Source of the DNA: an uncultured Chloroflexia bacterium | GTDB taxonomy: Bacteria; Chloroflexota; Limnocylindria; Limnocylindrales; CSP1-4 | Assembly (NCBI GenBank): GCA_963746845.1 | Contig: CAVVCZ010000004.1 | Coordinates: 352,001 to 416,000 of the forward strand | Length of the DNA stretch: 64,000 nt | Direction: 5' to 3' | Part shown: piece after piece, positions 38,546-49,143 of the stretch | How positions within the stretch are numbered: position 1 is the stretch's first letter | Layout of the letters: every line of letters begins with the position of its first letter | Position numbers and translations under genes: made by a program | The notes under the pieces: generated by a model | The model's database searches: none | Told to the model about the DNA's origin: nothing | The model's input: the letters and a program-made list of their open reading frames with translations, nothing else

Positions 38546-39502
38546 GTGACGGAGACGACCGAGCCCGCCCTCCACGGCGAGCTCCGGGACGAGCTCGTCC
38601 GGGCGATGCAGCGCGTGCCGGAGCTCGCCGGCCGTGAGCTGACCCTCACGGCGCTCTCCGGCGGGATCACGAATCGGAACTTCCTCGTGACGGTGGCCGG
38701 CTCGACCGACCGGTACGTCATCCGGCTCGCCGGCAACGACACCCACCTGCTCGGGATCTCGCGGGAGGTCGAGCATGCCGCCACCGTCGCGGCGGCCGGC
38801 GTCGGCGTGGGGCCCGAGGTGACCGCGTTCATCCGGCCCGAGGGCTACCTGGTCACCCGGTTCATCGAGGGCTCGCCCGTCTCGGACGAGGCCGTCCATA
38901 CCGCGGAGACGATCGGCCGCGTCGCGGTGTCCCTTCGCCGGATCCATGACGGCCCGCCGATCCCTGGACTGTTCGTCCCGCTCCGGATCGCCGAGGCGTA
39001 CCGGGCGCTGGCGGTCGCCCGCGGGGTGCCGATCCCGCCGGAGTACGAGCTGACCGCCGCGATCGGCCGGCGGATCGAGCTCGCCTGTCTGGCCAACCCG
39101 GTCGAGCTGCGGCCGTGCCACAACGACCTTCTGAACGCCAACTTCATCGACGACGGGGCGCGGATCCGGATCGTGGACTGGGAGTACGCCGGGATGGGCG
39201 ACCCGTTCTTCGACCTCGGCAACTTCAGCATCAACCACGAGCTGACCGCCGACGAGGACGCGTACCTGCTGTCCATGTACGACGGATCCGATCACGCCGA
39301 CGACCGCGCGGCCCGGCTCGCCCGGCTGACCCTCATGCGGACGGTGTCGGACTTCCGCGAGGCGATGTGGGGCGTGCTCCAGCAGGGCATCAGCACGCTC
39401 GACGTCGACTTCGTCGCGTACGCGGGCGAGCACTTCGAGCGGCTGCTCGAGGGGGCGACGACGCCGCGCTTCGAGCGGGCCCTGCGCGAGGCGGCCGGCT
39501 AG
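38546..39502 (+). CDS. choline/ethanolamine kinase family phosphotransferase
   Basis: LSGGITN, CHNDLLNAN and IVDWEYA. Confidence 0.88.
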   Translation: MTETTEPALHGELRDELVRAMQRVPELAGRELTLTALSGGITNRNFLVTVAGSTDRYVIRLAGNDTHLLGISREVEHAATVAAAGVGVGPEVTAFIRPEGYLVTRFIEGSPVSDEAVHTAETIGRVAVSLRRIHDGPPIPGLFVPLRIAEAYRALAVARGVPIPPEYELTAAIGRRIELACLANPVELRPCHNDLLNANFIDDGARIRIVDWEYAGMGDPFFDLGNFSINHELTADEDAYLLSMYDGSDHADDRAARLARLTLMRTVSDFREAMWGVLQQGISTLDVDFVAYAGEHFERLLEGATTPRFERALREAAG

Positions 39503-39566
39503 CGGCGCAGGGCGGCCGACGACGCCCGCCCGCTGATCTCCCGGTCCCCGGGTACCCTTCCCTCCG

Positions 39567-40589
39567 ATGGACGACCGCGCCTCGACCGCACGCCAGGCGG
39601 GCCTGCTCATCGTGGTCTTCATCGCCACGCTCGTCCTGCTCGCCGGCCTCCGCGCACTGATCGATGGGTCCGGCGCGCGCGACGCGACGGCCTCCCCCCG
39701 CACGAGCGGGCCGACCGCGTCCGCCCCGGGATCGATCGCGAGCAACCCGGCGGGCGGCCCCTCGGCGACGCCCCTCGGCCCGGACCCGTCGGGCACCGTG
39801 GTGATCACCGGCGCCGGCGACATCGCCGTGTGCGGATCGGACGGAGCGAAGCAGACGTCGGACATCCTGCTGCAACAGCAGGGCGCCTTCTTCACCGCCG
39901 GTGACAACGCGTACGACAAGGGCACCGCCACGGAGTTCGCGACCTGCTACGACCCGACCTGGGGCCGCGTGAAGGACCGGACGATCCTGCCGGTCGCCGG
40001 CAACCACGACTGGGACACAACGGGCGCCGCCGGGTACCTGGCCTACTTCGGGACGACGGCCGCGCCGCAGGGCGTGACCTGGTATTCGACGGACGTCGGA
40101 GCGTGGCACGTCATCGTCCTCGACTCGGAGTGCCCTCAGGTCGGCGGCTGCGGCACCGACTCGCCGCAGGGCCGCTGGCTCGCCAACGACCTGACGACCA
40201 GCACGGCCCGCTGCACGCTGGCGATCTGGCACAAGCCCCGATTCAGCTCCGGCGAGCACGGGGACGATCGCGACGTCGGCCCGTTCTGGGACCTGCTGCA
40301 CGAGGACGGCGCGGAGCTCGTGATCAACGGCCACGACCATGACTACGAGCGGTTCGCGCCGCAGGACCCGAGCGGCAACGAGGAGCGGCCCGGCGGGATT
40401 CGGGAGATCGTCGTCGGAACCGGTGGGGCGGAGCTGCGCCAGTTTGGCCGGACGGCCCGGAACAGCGAGTTCCGGATGGCCGGCACGTACGGCGTCCTGC
40501 GCCTGACCCTCCACCCGGCGAACTACGACTGGGAGTTCCTGCCGGTCAGCGGCGACGTCGCGGACTCGGGCTCGACGATCTGTCACTGA
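39567..40589 (+). CDS. membrane-anchored metallophosphoesterase
   Basis: AGD, GDNAY, GNHD and GHDH motifs; N-terminal TM. Confidence 0.88.
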   Translation: MDDRASTARQAGLLIVVFIATLVLLAGLRALIDGSGARDATASPRTSGPTASAPGSIASNPAGGPSATPLGPDPSGTVVITGAGDIAVCGSDGAKQTSDILLQQQGAFFTAGDNAYDKGTATEFATCYDPTWGRVKDRTILPVAGNHDWDTTGAAGYLAYFGTTAAPQGVTWYSTDVGAWHVIVLDSECPQVGGCGTDSPQGRWLANDLTTSTARCTLAIWHKPRFSSGEHGDDRDVGPFWDLLHEDGAELVINGHDHDYERFAPQDPSGNEERPGGIREIVVGTGGAELRQFGRTARNSEFRMAGTYGVLRLTLHPANYDWEFLPVSGDVADSGSTICH

Positions 40590-40649
40590 CCGGCGCCGAG
40601 CGGTGACACGGCCCCACGCGACGCACACCCGCCCGATACGCTCTTGCGC

Positions 40650-43112
40650 ATGGTGGACCACGCCCGGGCGGTGATCATCGGCGGCGGCGTCGGCGGGACG
40701 TCGATCGCCTACCACCTCGCCGAGCGCGGCTGGACGGACGTCGTCCTCGTCGACCGCGCGGAGCTCACGTCGGGATCCACGTTCCACTCGGCCGGGCTCG
40801 TCGGGCAGCTCCGGAGCTCGGTGACTCTGACGACGATGATGATGTACGGCGCCGGGCTGTACCGGCGTCTCCGCGACGAGACGGGGGTCGACCCGTCGTG
40901 GCACGAGGTCGGCTCGTTGCGCCTCGCGTCGACGAGGGCCCGGTTCGAGGAGCTCCAGCGCCAGGCGAGCTGGGCGAAGACATTCGGGCTGCCGCTCGAG
41001 CTCATCACCGCCGACGAGGCCCAGGATCGGTTCCCGCTCATGGCGACCGACGGTGTCCTCGGTGCCGTCTGGCTGCCGACCGATGGCTGGCTCGACCCGT
41101 CCGGGCTCGCGATGGCGTTGGCCGCCGGCGCCCGCGGGAAGGGCGTCACGATCCGGACGAACACCCGCGTCGTCGGGATCGGGGTCGAGCGCGGGCGCGT
41201 CACGGGCGTCGTCGTGGAGCTGCGCGACGGCTCCCGCGAGGAGATCGGCGCGGACATCGTGGTCAACGCCGGTGGCATGTTCGCCCCGGAGATCGGGCGC
41301 CTTGTCGGCGTCACGATCCCGATCATCCCGATGGCCCACCAGTACCTGTTCACCGACGCGATCGAGGGCGTCGACGCCGGCCTGCCCCAGCTCCGCGACC
41401 CGGACAACCTCGTCTACTTCCGCGAGGAGGTCGGCGGCCTGTGCATGGGGGGCTACGAGCGCGACCCCGCGCCGTGGTCGCTCGACGGCGTGCCGCCGGA
41501 CTTCAACGGCAAGCTCCTCGCGCCCGACTGGCCGCGGTTCGAGGAGATCATGGCCGGGGCCGTCCGGCGCGTCCCCGCGATCGCCGACGCTGGCGTGTCG
41601 CGGATGATCAACGGCCCGGAGGGCTTCACGCCGGACAGCGAGTTCATCCTCGGCGAGAGCGACGTCCGCGGGTTCTTCGTCGCCGCCGGGTTCTGCGCGC
41701 ACGGGATCGCCGGCGCGGGCGGGATCGGCCGGCAGGTCGCGAGCTGGATCGTCGACGGCGAGCCCGAGCTCGATCTGTGGCACATGGACATCCGACGGTT
41801 CGGTGGTCAGCACTGGCGATCGCGGGAGTGGACGCTCGCCCGGACGACCGAGGTCTACGCGACCTACTACGACATCCACTACCCGAACGAGGAGCGCCAG
41901 GCCGGCCGTCCGCTCCGGACCGCGCCCACCTACGAGCGGCTGCGGGCGCTCGGGGCGTCGTTCGGGGAGAAGTCCGGCTGGGAGCGGCCGAACTGGTTCG
42001 AGTCGACGGCGGACGACGAGCGGTTCGGTGGCCGGGCGGCGCTCGAGCGACTGCGCCCCCGCGGCTGGGCCGGCCAGCACTGGAGCCCGGCGATCGCGGC
42101 GGAGGCGATCGCGACCCGGATCGACGCGGGCCTGTTCGACGAGACGAGCTTCGCCAAGCTCGAGGTGGTCGGGCCGGGATCCGTCGGGTTCCTGAACCAG
42201 ATGGCCGCGAACCAGGTCGACGTCCCCGTCGGACGGATGGTCTACACGTCGCTGCTGAACACCCGCGGGGGCATCGAGTGCGATCTGACGATCACCCGGA
42301 TCGCGCCGGATCGCTTCTTCCTGGTGACCGGCACGGCGTTCGGCCAGCACGATCTCGCGTGGCTCCGGGCGCACCTCCCAGACGACGGCTCCGTCCAGCT
42401 CAACGATCTGACGTCCGGGCGCGTCTGCTTCGGGCTGTGGGGGCCGCGCGCCAGGGACATCCTCGAGCCGCTCACGACGGACGACCTTTCGAACGGGTCC
42501 TTCCCGTTCCTGACCGCCCGCTCGGTCACGGTGGGCCGGGTGCCCGTCCTGGCGCTGCGTGTCACCTACGTCGGCGAGCTCGGCTGGGAGCTGTACGCCC
42601 CGACGGAGTTCGGGCCGGCCCTGTGGGACACCCTGATCGACGCCGGCCGGCCGCACGGACTGACGCCTGCCGGCTATCGCGCGATCGACGCGCTCCGGCT
42701 CGAGAAGGGTTACCGCGTCTGGTCGAGCGACATCACCCCGGACGAGACGCCGTTCGAGGCGGGTCTCGGGTTCGCCGTCGCGCTCGACAAGCCGGGCGGG
42801 TTCATCGGGCGGGAGGCGCTGGTCAAGGCGAGGGCCGCCGGGCCGCGCAAGCGGCTGCGCTGCCTGGTCCTCGACGACCCGCGGTCCGTGTGCCTCGGCA
42901 ATGAGCCGGTCCGCATCGGCGGGCGGATCGTCGGGCGGGTGACGTCGGGCGGATTCGGGTATGCCGTCGAGCGCTCGATCGCCTATGCCTACCTCCCGCC
43001 GGATGCGTCGATCGGCACGCGCGGCGAGATCGACGTCTTCGGGGAGTGGATCGGGTTCGAGGCGGTCCGCGAGCCGCTCTGGGATCCAACCAACGAGCGG
43101 ATCAAGGCGTGA
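40650..43112 (+). CDS. GcvT-family FAD oxidoreductase (dimethylglycine/sarcosine dehydrogenase-like)
   Basis: GGGVGG, SGSTFHSAG, YVGELGWEL and LRLEKGY. Confidence 0.92.
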   Translation: MVDHARAVIIGGGVGGTSIAYHLAERGWTDVVLVDRAELTSGSTFHSAGLVGQLRSSVTLTTMMMYGAGLYRRLRDETGVDPSWHEVGSLRLASTRARFEELQRQASWAKTFGLPLELITADEAQDRFPLMATDGVLGAVWLPTDGWLDPSGLAMALAAGARGKGVTIRTNTRVVGIGVERGRVTGVVVELRDGSREEIGADIVVNAGGMFAPEIGRLVGVTIPIIPMAHQYLFTDAIEGVDAGLPQLRDPDNLVYFREEVGGLCMGGYERDPAPWSLDGVPPDFNGKLLAPDWPRFEEIMAGAVRRVPAIADAGVSRMINGPEGFTPDSEFILGESDVRGFFVAAGFCAHGIAGAGGIGRQVASWIVDGEPELDLWHMDIRRFGGQHWRSREWTLARTTEVYATYYDIHYPNEERQAGRPLRTAPTYERLRALGASFGEKSGWERPNWFESTADDERFGGRAALERLRPRGWAGQHWSPAIAAEAIATRIDAGLFDETSFAKLEVVGPGSVGFLNQMAANQVDVPVGRMVYTSLLNTRGGIECDLTITRIAPDRFFLVTGTAFGQHDLAWLRAHLPDDGSVQLNDLTSGRVCFGLWGPRARDILEPLTTDDLSNGSFPFLTARSVTVGRVPVLALRVTYVGELGWELYAPTEFGPALWDTLIDAGRPHGLTPAGYRAIDALRLEKGYRVWSSDITPDETPFEAGLGFAVALDKPGGFIGREALVKARAAGPRKRLRCLVLDDPRSVCLGNEPVRIGGRIVGRVTSGGFGYAVERSIAYAYLPPDASIGTRGEIDVFGEWIGFEAVREPLWDPTNERIKA

Positions 43113-43972
43113 CGACCCTCCTGCGCGACCAGACCGGCGGGTTCGGGCCGGCGTGGAGCGCGAGCCTGGCCGCCGTCCCGGATCACGAGCTCGACGCGTG
43201 GCTGGCGCTCGCGACGGCCGCCTGCGACGAGGCCGACGGCATCGCCCGATCGACGTTCCGGCGCGACCTCGAGATCTCGACGAAACCGGACCGGACGTTC
43301 GTCACGCAGGCCGACCAGGCGATCGAGCGGGCGATCCGGGCCCGGATCCTCGCCGCGTACCCGGACCACGGGCTCGTCGGCGAGGAATACGGCACGGAGG
43401 CCGGCGACGCCGCGACCCGCTGGTACATCGACCCGATCGACGGGACCCACAACTTCATCCGCGGCGTGCCGCTGTTCGGGACGCTGCTCGCGGTCGAGCG
43501 CCTCGGCGAGCTCCAGGCCGCGGTGATCTCGGCGCCGGCCCTCCACGAGCGCTGGTGGGCCCGGCGGGGCGGGGGAGCCTGGGCCCACGGACCGGACGAT
43601 GCCGAGCCCCGCCGGATCCGGGTGTCGGCGGTTACCTCGCTGGACGATGCCCAGGTCCTGTACGGGTCCGGCCACGACATCGAGACATCCGGGCTCGCGC
43701 CCGGTTTCCGGGCGTTGCTGGGCGCCGTCTGGCGCGAGCGCGGATTCGGCGACTTCTGGGGCTACGCGCTCCTCGCCGAGGGCGCGGCGGAGGCGATGGT
43801 CGAGGTCGACCTGTCGTCATGGGACGCCGCCGCGCCGACGGTCCTGATCGAGGAGGCCGGCGGCCGCGTCACGGACTTCGACGGCCGGCGCGCCATCGAC
43901 AGCGGCTCGTTCCTTGCGACGAACGGCCTGCTCCACGACGAGGTGCTGACCCGGCTGGCCCGCTTGCCCTGA
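43109..43972 (+). CDS. hisN: histidinol-phosphatase, inositol monophosphatase family
   Basis: GEE, IDPIDGTHNFIRG, RGFGDFW and WDAAA. Confidence 0.8.
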   Translation: MTTLLRDQTGGFGPAWSASLAAVPDHELDAWLALATAACDEADGIARSTFRRDLEISTKPDRTFVTQADQAIERAIRARILAAYPDHGLVGEEYGTEAGDAATRWYIDPIDGTHNFIRGVPLFGTLLAVERLGELQAAVISAPALHERWWARRGGGAWAHGPDDAEPRRIRVSAVTSLDDAQVLYGSGHDIETSGLAPGFRALLGAVWRERGFGDFWGYALLAEGAAEAMVEVDLSSWDAAAPTVLIEEAGGRVTDFDGRRAIDSGSFLATNGLLHDEVLTRLARLP

Positions 43973-44043
43973 TCAGGGCGCGGATGACCGCACGCTTCGA
44001 TCCCTTTGTGTGACCTGACAGCCACGATCGACGAGGCTCGCTG

Positions 44044-44739
44044 TCAGGGCACGTCCGGTTCGGCCGTGGTCGTTTGCCGAGTGCGGGCGCCGAGCGAGAC
44101 GCAGGCCGGGCAACATGCGTCGGCCCAGGCGACGACGGTGGCCCCGATGGACGGCTTGCCCTCGGCGCGTCGACGGCGGATCCACAGCCAGCCGGCGAGG
44201 CCGAGGACCGCCAGCGCGACCCCGGCGATGGCCAGCGGCAGGGTCGCCCGTCCGAGGAGCGCGATCGCCGGCTCGCCGAGGACGTAGCCGATCCCGAAGT
44301 GGGCCGAGATGAACACCGCGTTGCCGAGGGTGAGGCCACCCACGAACGTCCATGCCGGCACGGCGGCCAACGCGCTGGCTGCCACCGTCACCGTCCGGAG
44401 ACCGGGAGTCATCCGCCCCGCCGCAATGGCTGGCGCCCCGTGCCGGCGCAGGCGCTCGGTCTGACTCTCGATCCGGTCCGGCGATGCGAACCGACTGAGG
44501 ACCAGGAGGACCGCGGGACGCGCGAAGGACCGGAAGGCCAGGTACTGGATCAGGCCGCCGGCGATGCTCGCGACGATCAGGGCGGCCAGCGCCAGCCTCG
44601 GGTCGAGATCGCCGCGCGCACCCGCGACACCGGCGCCGAGCAGCAAGAGGTCGCCGGGCACCGGCACGGGCACGCCAGCCTCCTTGACGAGGACAAGGCC
44701 GACCAGCCCAGCGAGCGGCGCGATCTGCTCAGGGTCCAT
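44044..44739 (-). CDS. DedA/VTT family membrane protein
   Basis: EAGVPVPVPGD and GRMTPGLR. Confidence 0.85.
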   Translation of the reverse strand: MDPEQIAPLAGLVGLVLVKEAGVPVPVPGDLLLLGAGVAGARGDLDPRLALAALIVASIAGGLIQYLAFRSFARPAVLLVLSRFASPDRIESQTERLRRHGAPAIAAGRMTPGLRTVTVAASALAAVPAWTFVGGLTLGNAVFISAHFGIGYVLGEPAIALLGRATLPLAIAGVALAVLGLAGWLWIRRRRAEGKPSIGATVVAWADACCPACVSLGARTRQTTTAEPDVP

Positions 44740-44772
44740 CGGCGACGCCTTCGTTCAGGGTCCGTCGCCGAA

Positions 44773-45444
44773 TCATCGCTCGGTGGATCGCTGGCGCGGG
44801 AATCGGCCCATCTGCTCCCGGGCACGATCGAGGTCGTCGGCACTCAGCAGCACGGACCCGCCGATCTGCTCCGCGCGCCAGGCGAGCATCGCCAGCTCCT
44901 CGACCCGTTCCGCGCGTCCCAGCGCGCTGGCGAGCGTCCGCGCGACCGCGATCGCCCCGTGGTTCGAGAGCAGGCACGCGTTGTCCGTGCCGAGCGTCGC
45001 GACGGCGTTCCGCGCCAGCTCCTCGGTCCCGAACGTGGCATACGGAGCCACCCGGACCGTGTCCCGGCCGGCCCCGACGAGCGTCGCCAGGACATAGTGG
45101 GCGGCCGGGATCTCGCGGCGAGCGACAGAGTACGTCGTCGCGAACGGCGAGTGGGTGTGGACGATCGCGTCAACGTCGGAGCGCGCCGCGAACAGCGCCA
45201 CGTGGAGCGGCAGCTCCGAGCTCGGACGGCGGCGTCCCTCGGACGGCGTGCCGTCCGGCATCACGACGACGACGTCCTCGACCGTGATCTCGTCGTATTC
45301 CATGGTCGACGGGGTGATGGCGATCCGTCCGTCGTCCAGCCGAGCCCCCACGTTGCCGGATGTCCCGACCGCCAGCCCACGCGTCTGCAGCGCTCGTGCG
45401 ACGCGGACGATCTCCCCGCGGGCCTCGCGCAGCGAGTGACTCAT
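44773..45444 (-). CDS. class II aldolase/adducin family (FucA-like)
   Basis: GTSGN, PSSELPLH, HTHS and NHG. Confidence 0.9.
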   Translation of the reverse strand: MSHSLREARGEIVRVARALQTRGLAVGTSGNVGARLDDGRIAITPSTMEYDEITVEDVVVVMPDGTPSEGRRRPSSELPLHVALFAARSDVDAIVHTHSPFATTYSVARREIPAAHYVLATLVGAGRDTVRVAPYATFGTEELARNAVATLGTDNACLLSNHGAIAVARTLASALGRAERVEELAMLAWRAEQIGGSVLLSADDLDRAREQMGRFPRQRSTER

Positions 45445-45469
45445 CGAGGCGCGGTCCCCGGGACGGCCG

Positions 45470-45895
45470 CTATGGCAGCAGCCGGGCCCACAGCCCGAGC
45501 AGCTCGGCGTGGTCGTCCGGGTCGAGGCGGTCGCCGAGGATCGTGGCGGTGACCGCGTCCCCGAGCGAATCGAGCATCCGGACCTTGTCGTCCTTGGTGC
45601 CGGACGGCGGGGCGATGTTCATGCCCATGATCGTGCCGCGCATCTGCTCGGATTGATACATGTGGATGACCGCCTCCTGGAGCGCATGACGCGCCGCCCG
45701 GATGCCGTCGCTCAGGCCCGCCTCGTCCGCGACGCCTGCCGCCGTCTCCACGGATCGCTGGTGCTCTTCGTCGGACCGGGTGTCGGCGTAGAGCGGGAGA
45801 TCGTCGAGCGGGACCCGCTCGATCGCCCGGGCGAGCTCGTCGAGTCGTTGCCGGGCATCGGCCGGGAGTCCGTCGATCGCGTCGTCGTCGCTCAT
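45470..45895 (-). CDS. hypothetical protein
   Basis: Its start overlaps the aminotransferase stop (ATGA); plausible composition. Confidence 0.7.
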   Translation of the reverse strand: MSDDDAIDGLPADARQRLDELARAIERVPLDDLPLYADTRSDEEHQRSVETAAGVADEAGLSDGIRAARHALQEAVIHMYQSEQMRGTIMGMNIAPPSGTKDDKVRMLDSLGDAVTATILGDRLDPDDHAELLGLWARLLP

Positions 45896-47238
45896 GCGCC
45901 GGCGGCGGCGAGGCTCTCGTCGAGGGTCCGCAGGGCCAGGTCGACCTCGTCCGCCGTCGTGACAAGCGGCGGGATGATCCGGACGACGTTCACGTAGGTG
46001 CCGGCGGTCAGGATGATCAGCTTCCGGTCGAGCGCCTCGGTCTGGACCCGCTTCGTCACGTCGGGATCCGGGACCCGCCCGTCGCCGACGCCGGGCTGGA
46101 CGAACTCGAGCGCGAGCATCAGGCCGAGGCCGCGGACGTCCCCGATCGAGCGGTACTTCGGGGCCAGGGCCCGGAGCCCGGCGAGGAACTGGGCGCCCCG
46201 TTCGCGGGCGTTCGCGACGAGCCCCTCATCCTCGATCACGTCGAGCGTCGCGTTGGCGGCGGCACAGGCCACGACGTTGCCGCCGTAGGTCCCGCCGTGG
46301 GAGCCCGCCGGCAGCTGGTCGAGGATCTCGCGCCGCGCGACGATGCCGCTCAACGGCAGCCCCGACGCGATCCCCTTGGCCATGACGAGGATGTCCGGCT
46401 CGACGTCCCAGTGACGGACCGCGAACAGCTCGCCGGTCCGTCCGAACCCGGTCTGGACCTCGTCGGCGATCAGCAGGATCCCGTTCTGTCGGGTGATCTC
46501 GCGGAGTCGGGGCAGGAACCCGGGCGGCGGGACGAGGTAGCCGCCCTCGCCGAGGACCGGCTCGACGATGATCGCCGCGACGTGCTCCGGGTAGACGTAC
46601 TGGTGGAACGTCAGGTCGAGCTGAGCCTCCCAGTCGCAGACGCAGTCGGCCGGTTCGTGCGCCCCGCCGGCCCACCGATAGCAGTACGGATAGGCCGTGT
46701 GGTAGACGCTGCCGGGCAACGGCTCGAAGTGGCCGCGGTACACGTCCTTCGCGGTCGTGAGGGCCATCGTCTGGCCGGTTCGGCCGTGGTAGCCGTAGCG
46801 GAACCCGAGGATCACCGGCCGGCCCGTCGCGATCCGGGCCAGCTTCACCGACGCCTCGACCGCCTCCGCGCCGCTGTTCGAGAGGAACGCGCCCCACTCG
46901 CCGCCGGCGGCCGGGCCGGGCAGGACGTGTCGGAGCCGCTCGTACAGCCGAAGCCCGGGCTCGTGGTAGGTGATGTTCTGCTGGGCGTGGAGGATCTTCG
47001 CGGCCTGCGCCTGGACCGCGGCGACGACCCGAGGATGGGCGTGGCCGGTGTTCGTGACCCCGATCCCGCTGCTGTAATCGAGGTATCGCTCACCGTCGGT
47101 CGTGATCAGCCACGAGCCCTCGCCGCGATCGACGAGCAGGTTCGTGATCCGGCCCCAGACCGGCGGGATGACCGACCGGTCGGGGAGGGGGGCGCCGGCA
47201 CCGGGGGCCGACCCGACGCGTTCCGCGGTCGTGCTCAT
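45892..47238 (-). CDS. class III aminotransferase (GabT-like)
   Basis: NSGAEAVE, DEVQTGFGRTG, MAKG and GGTYGGN. Confidence 0.92.
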   Translation of the reverse strand: MSTTAERVGSAPGAGAPLPDRSVIPPVWGRITNLLVDRGEGSWLITTDGERYLDYSSGIGVTNTGHAHPRVVAAVQAQAAKILHAQQNITYHEPGLRLYERLRHVLPGPAAGGEWGAFLSNSGAEAVEASVKLARIATGRPVILGFRYGYHGRTGQTMALTTAKDVYRGHFEPLPGSVYHTAYPYCYRWAGGAHEPADCVCDWEAQLDLTFHQYVYPEHVAAIIVEPVLGEGGYLVPPPGFLPRLREITRQNGILLIADEVQTGFGRTGELFAVRHWDVEPDILVMAKGIASGLPLSGIVARREILDQLPAGSHGGTYGGNVVACAAANATLDVIEDEGLVANARERGAQFLAGLRALAPKYRSIGDVRGLGLMLALEFVQPGVGDGRVPDPDVTKRVQTEALDRKLIILTAGTYVNVVRIIPPLVTTADEVDLALRTLDESLAAAGA

Positions 47239-48104
47239 GGCCGCGGTCCCGCCGAAGCCGATCGGCGGCGACCCGCGAGCGTCGAGAGCAGGACGAACCC
47301 GACGGCCACGAGGAAGATGACCGTGCCGATGACGTTGACCTGGACAGGGACGCCGACCCGGTTCTTGGCGTAGATGAAGAGCGGGAACGTCTGGGTCTTG
47401 CCGGACGTGAAGTTCGTGACGACGAAGTCGTCGATCGACAGGCTGAAGGCGAGCAGCGCGCCCGCGATGATGCCGGGCAGGATCAGCGGGAAGGTGACCT
47501 TCCAGAAGGTGACCCACTCGTTCGCCCCGAGGTCCATCGCCGCCTCCTCGAGGTGGCGCGGGAAGTTCGACAGACGCGCGCGAACGGTCACCACGACGTA
47601 GCTGATGTTGAACATCACGTGGGCGATGAGGATCGTGATGAAGTTCAGCGGGAAGAACGGCACGTTGCCGATCGACACGAACAGGGTCAGCAGGGACGCG
47701 CCGAGGATGATCTCGGGCGTGGCCATCGGCAGGAAGATCAGGGCGTTGATCGCGCCGCGCCCGCCGAAGTTGTAGCGGACCAGGGCGAGCGCGATCAGGG
47801 TGCCCAGTGTGGTGGCGATGGCGGTCGACAGGAACGCGATCGCGAGGCTCGCCCCGAGCGCCTCCGGCAGCCCGTCCACCCCGAGCGGGTTCAGCCAGTA
47901 CTTGAGGGTGAAGCCCGCCCAGGCGGTGTTGCTCTTGCCGGGCGGGTTGTTGAAGCTGAAGAGGATGATCAGGATGACCGGCAGGAGCAGGTAGAAGACC
48001 GCCAGGATCGTGTAGATCACGAGCAGGTACTTGTCCGCCCAGCGCGTGAACACGGTCAGGGGAGAGGCCGCCGGGCGGGGCGCCGCGAGGGTGTCGGTGG
48101 CCAT
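47235..48104 (-). CDS. potC: polyamine ABC transporter permease
   Basis: EEAAMDLGA and FSLSIDDF; pot operon context. Confidence 0.88.
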   Translation of the reverse strand: MATDTLAAPRPAASPLTVFTRWADKYLLVIYTILAVFYLLLPVILIILFSFNNPPGKSNTAWAGFTLKYWLNPLGVDGLPEALGASLAIAFLSTAIATTLGTLIALALVRYNFGGRGAINALIFLPMATPEIILGASLLTLFVSIGNVPFFPLNFITILIAHVMFNISYVVVTVRARLSNFPRHLEEAAMDLGANEWVTFWKVTFPLILPGIIAGALLAFSLSIDDFVVTNFTSGKTQTFPLFIYAKNRVGVPVQVNVIGTVIFLVAVGFVLLSTLAGRRRSASAGPRP

Positions 48105-48105
48105 G

Positions 48106-49119
48106 TCAGAGCCGCCCGGTGGAGACGTCCTCGGTGCCGAGGACACGGGCATAGATCGCGACGACGACGAGGACGCCGGCCATGAGGATGAACGACATCG
48201 CCGCGGCGGTCGGATAGTCGTTCTGGGTGAGGAACTTGTTCTGGATGACGTTGCCGATCATCCGCGTGTCCGGGTTGCCGAGGAACTCGGCGTTGACGTA
48301 GTCGCCGATCGCGGGGATGAACGTCAGCAGGGACCCGGCGAAGACGCCGGGCAGGGACAGCGGGAACGTTACGCGGACGAATGACTCCGAGACGAGCGCC
48401 CACGCGACCAGGGCACCGAACGCCGCTCCGACCGCGGCCATCACGGGCCACAGCCAGCCGAAGATGATCCCGAGGACGCCGCCCAGCAACCCGCCGACGA
48501 TCGCCCCGGCGATGGCCCCGCCCGGTCGCCACGGACCGGCGTACAGGTCCTTCGCCGCCTCCACCAGCCGCACGTCGATCTTCTCAAGGGCGACGTAGAT
48601 CGGCAGGGTCATGAACGGCAGGAAGTTGTAGGTGATCCCGGAGATCACCGCGACCGGGGTCGCGAGCAGGCGGAAGTCCTCGGGGACGACGCCGACCGCC
48701 TTGAGCGGGCCGAGGAACAGACCGGAGTCGCTCAGGATGATCTTCCACGAGATCGTCCGGAGGAGGAAGCTCGTGAAGAATGGTGCGACGACGAGGAACA
48801 GGAGCAGGTTCTTCTGGCGGCCGCCCTTGAACGCGATCGTGTACGCCAGCGGATACGAGATCAGGAACGTCAGCAGCGTCGCCGCGCCCGCGTAGACGAT
48901 CGAGCGCAGGTAGAACGGCGCGTACTGGTCGATCGCGTCGGTGTAGTTCGAGACGTTATCGAGCGAGAACGTGAACCCTTTCTCGAGGGAGCCGCTCCAG
49001 AGGCTCGTGATGAACATCTGGAACGCGGGGTACACGTAGAAGAAGAGGAGCCACAGGATCCCCGGCGCGAGGAGCAGGTATGGCGTCAGTCCCTTGCGAC
49101 GCTTGAGCCACGCACGCAC
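48106..49119 (-). CDS. potB: polyamine ABC transporter permease with an internal hydrophobic insertion
   Basis: YPLAY, PFFTSFLLR, VEAAKDL and FIPAIGDY. Confidence 0.88.
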   Translation of the reverse strand: MRAWLKRRKGLTPYLLLAPGILWLLFFYVYPAFQMFITSLWSGSLEKGFTFSLDNVSNYTDAIDQYAPFYLRSIVYAGAATLLTFLISYPLAYTIAFKGGRQKNLLLFLVVAPFFTSFLLRTISWKIILSDSGLFLGPLKAVGVVPEDFRLLATPVAVISGITYNFLPFMTLPIYVALEKIDVRLVEAAKDLYAGPWRPGGAIAGAIVGGLLGGVLGIIFGWLWPVMAAVGAAFGALVAWALVSESFVRVTFPLSLPGVFAGSLLTFIPAIGDYVNAEFLGNPDTRMIGNVIQNKFLTQNDYPTAAAMSFILMAGVLVVVAIYARVLGTEDVSTGRL

Positions 49120-49143
49120 GGCAACCTCGGTGTGGGCAGTGGG

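Noticed and set aside
39554-39563. ACCCTTCCCT partial match to the array repeat
   Set aside because: Only 10 bp, lacks TGCAYTG, and coincides with a -10 box.
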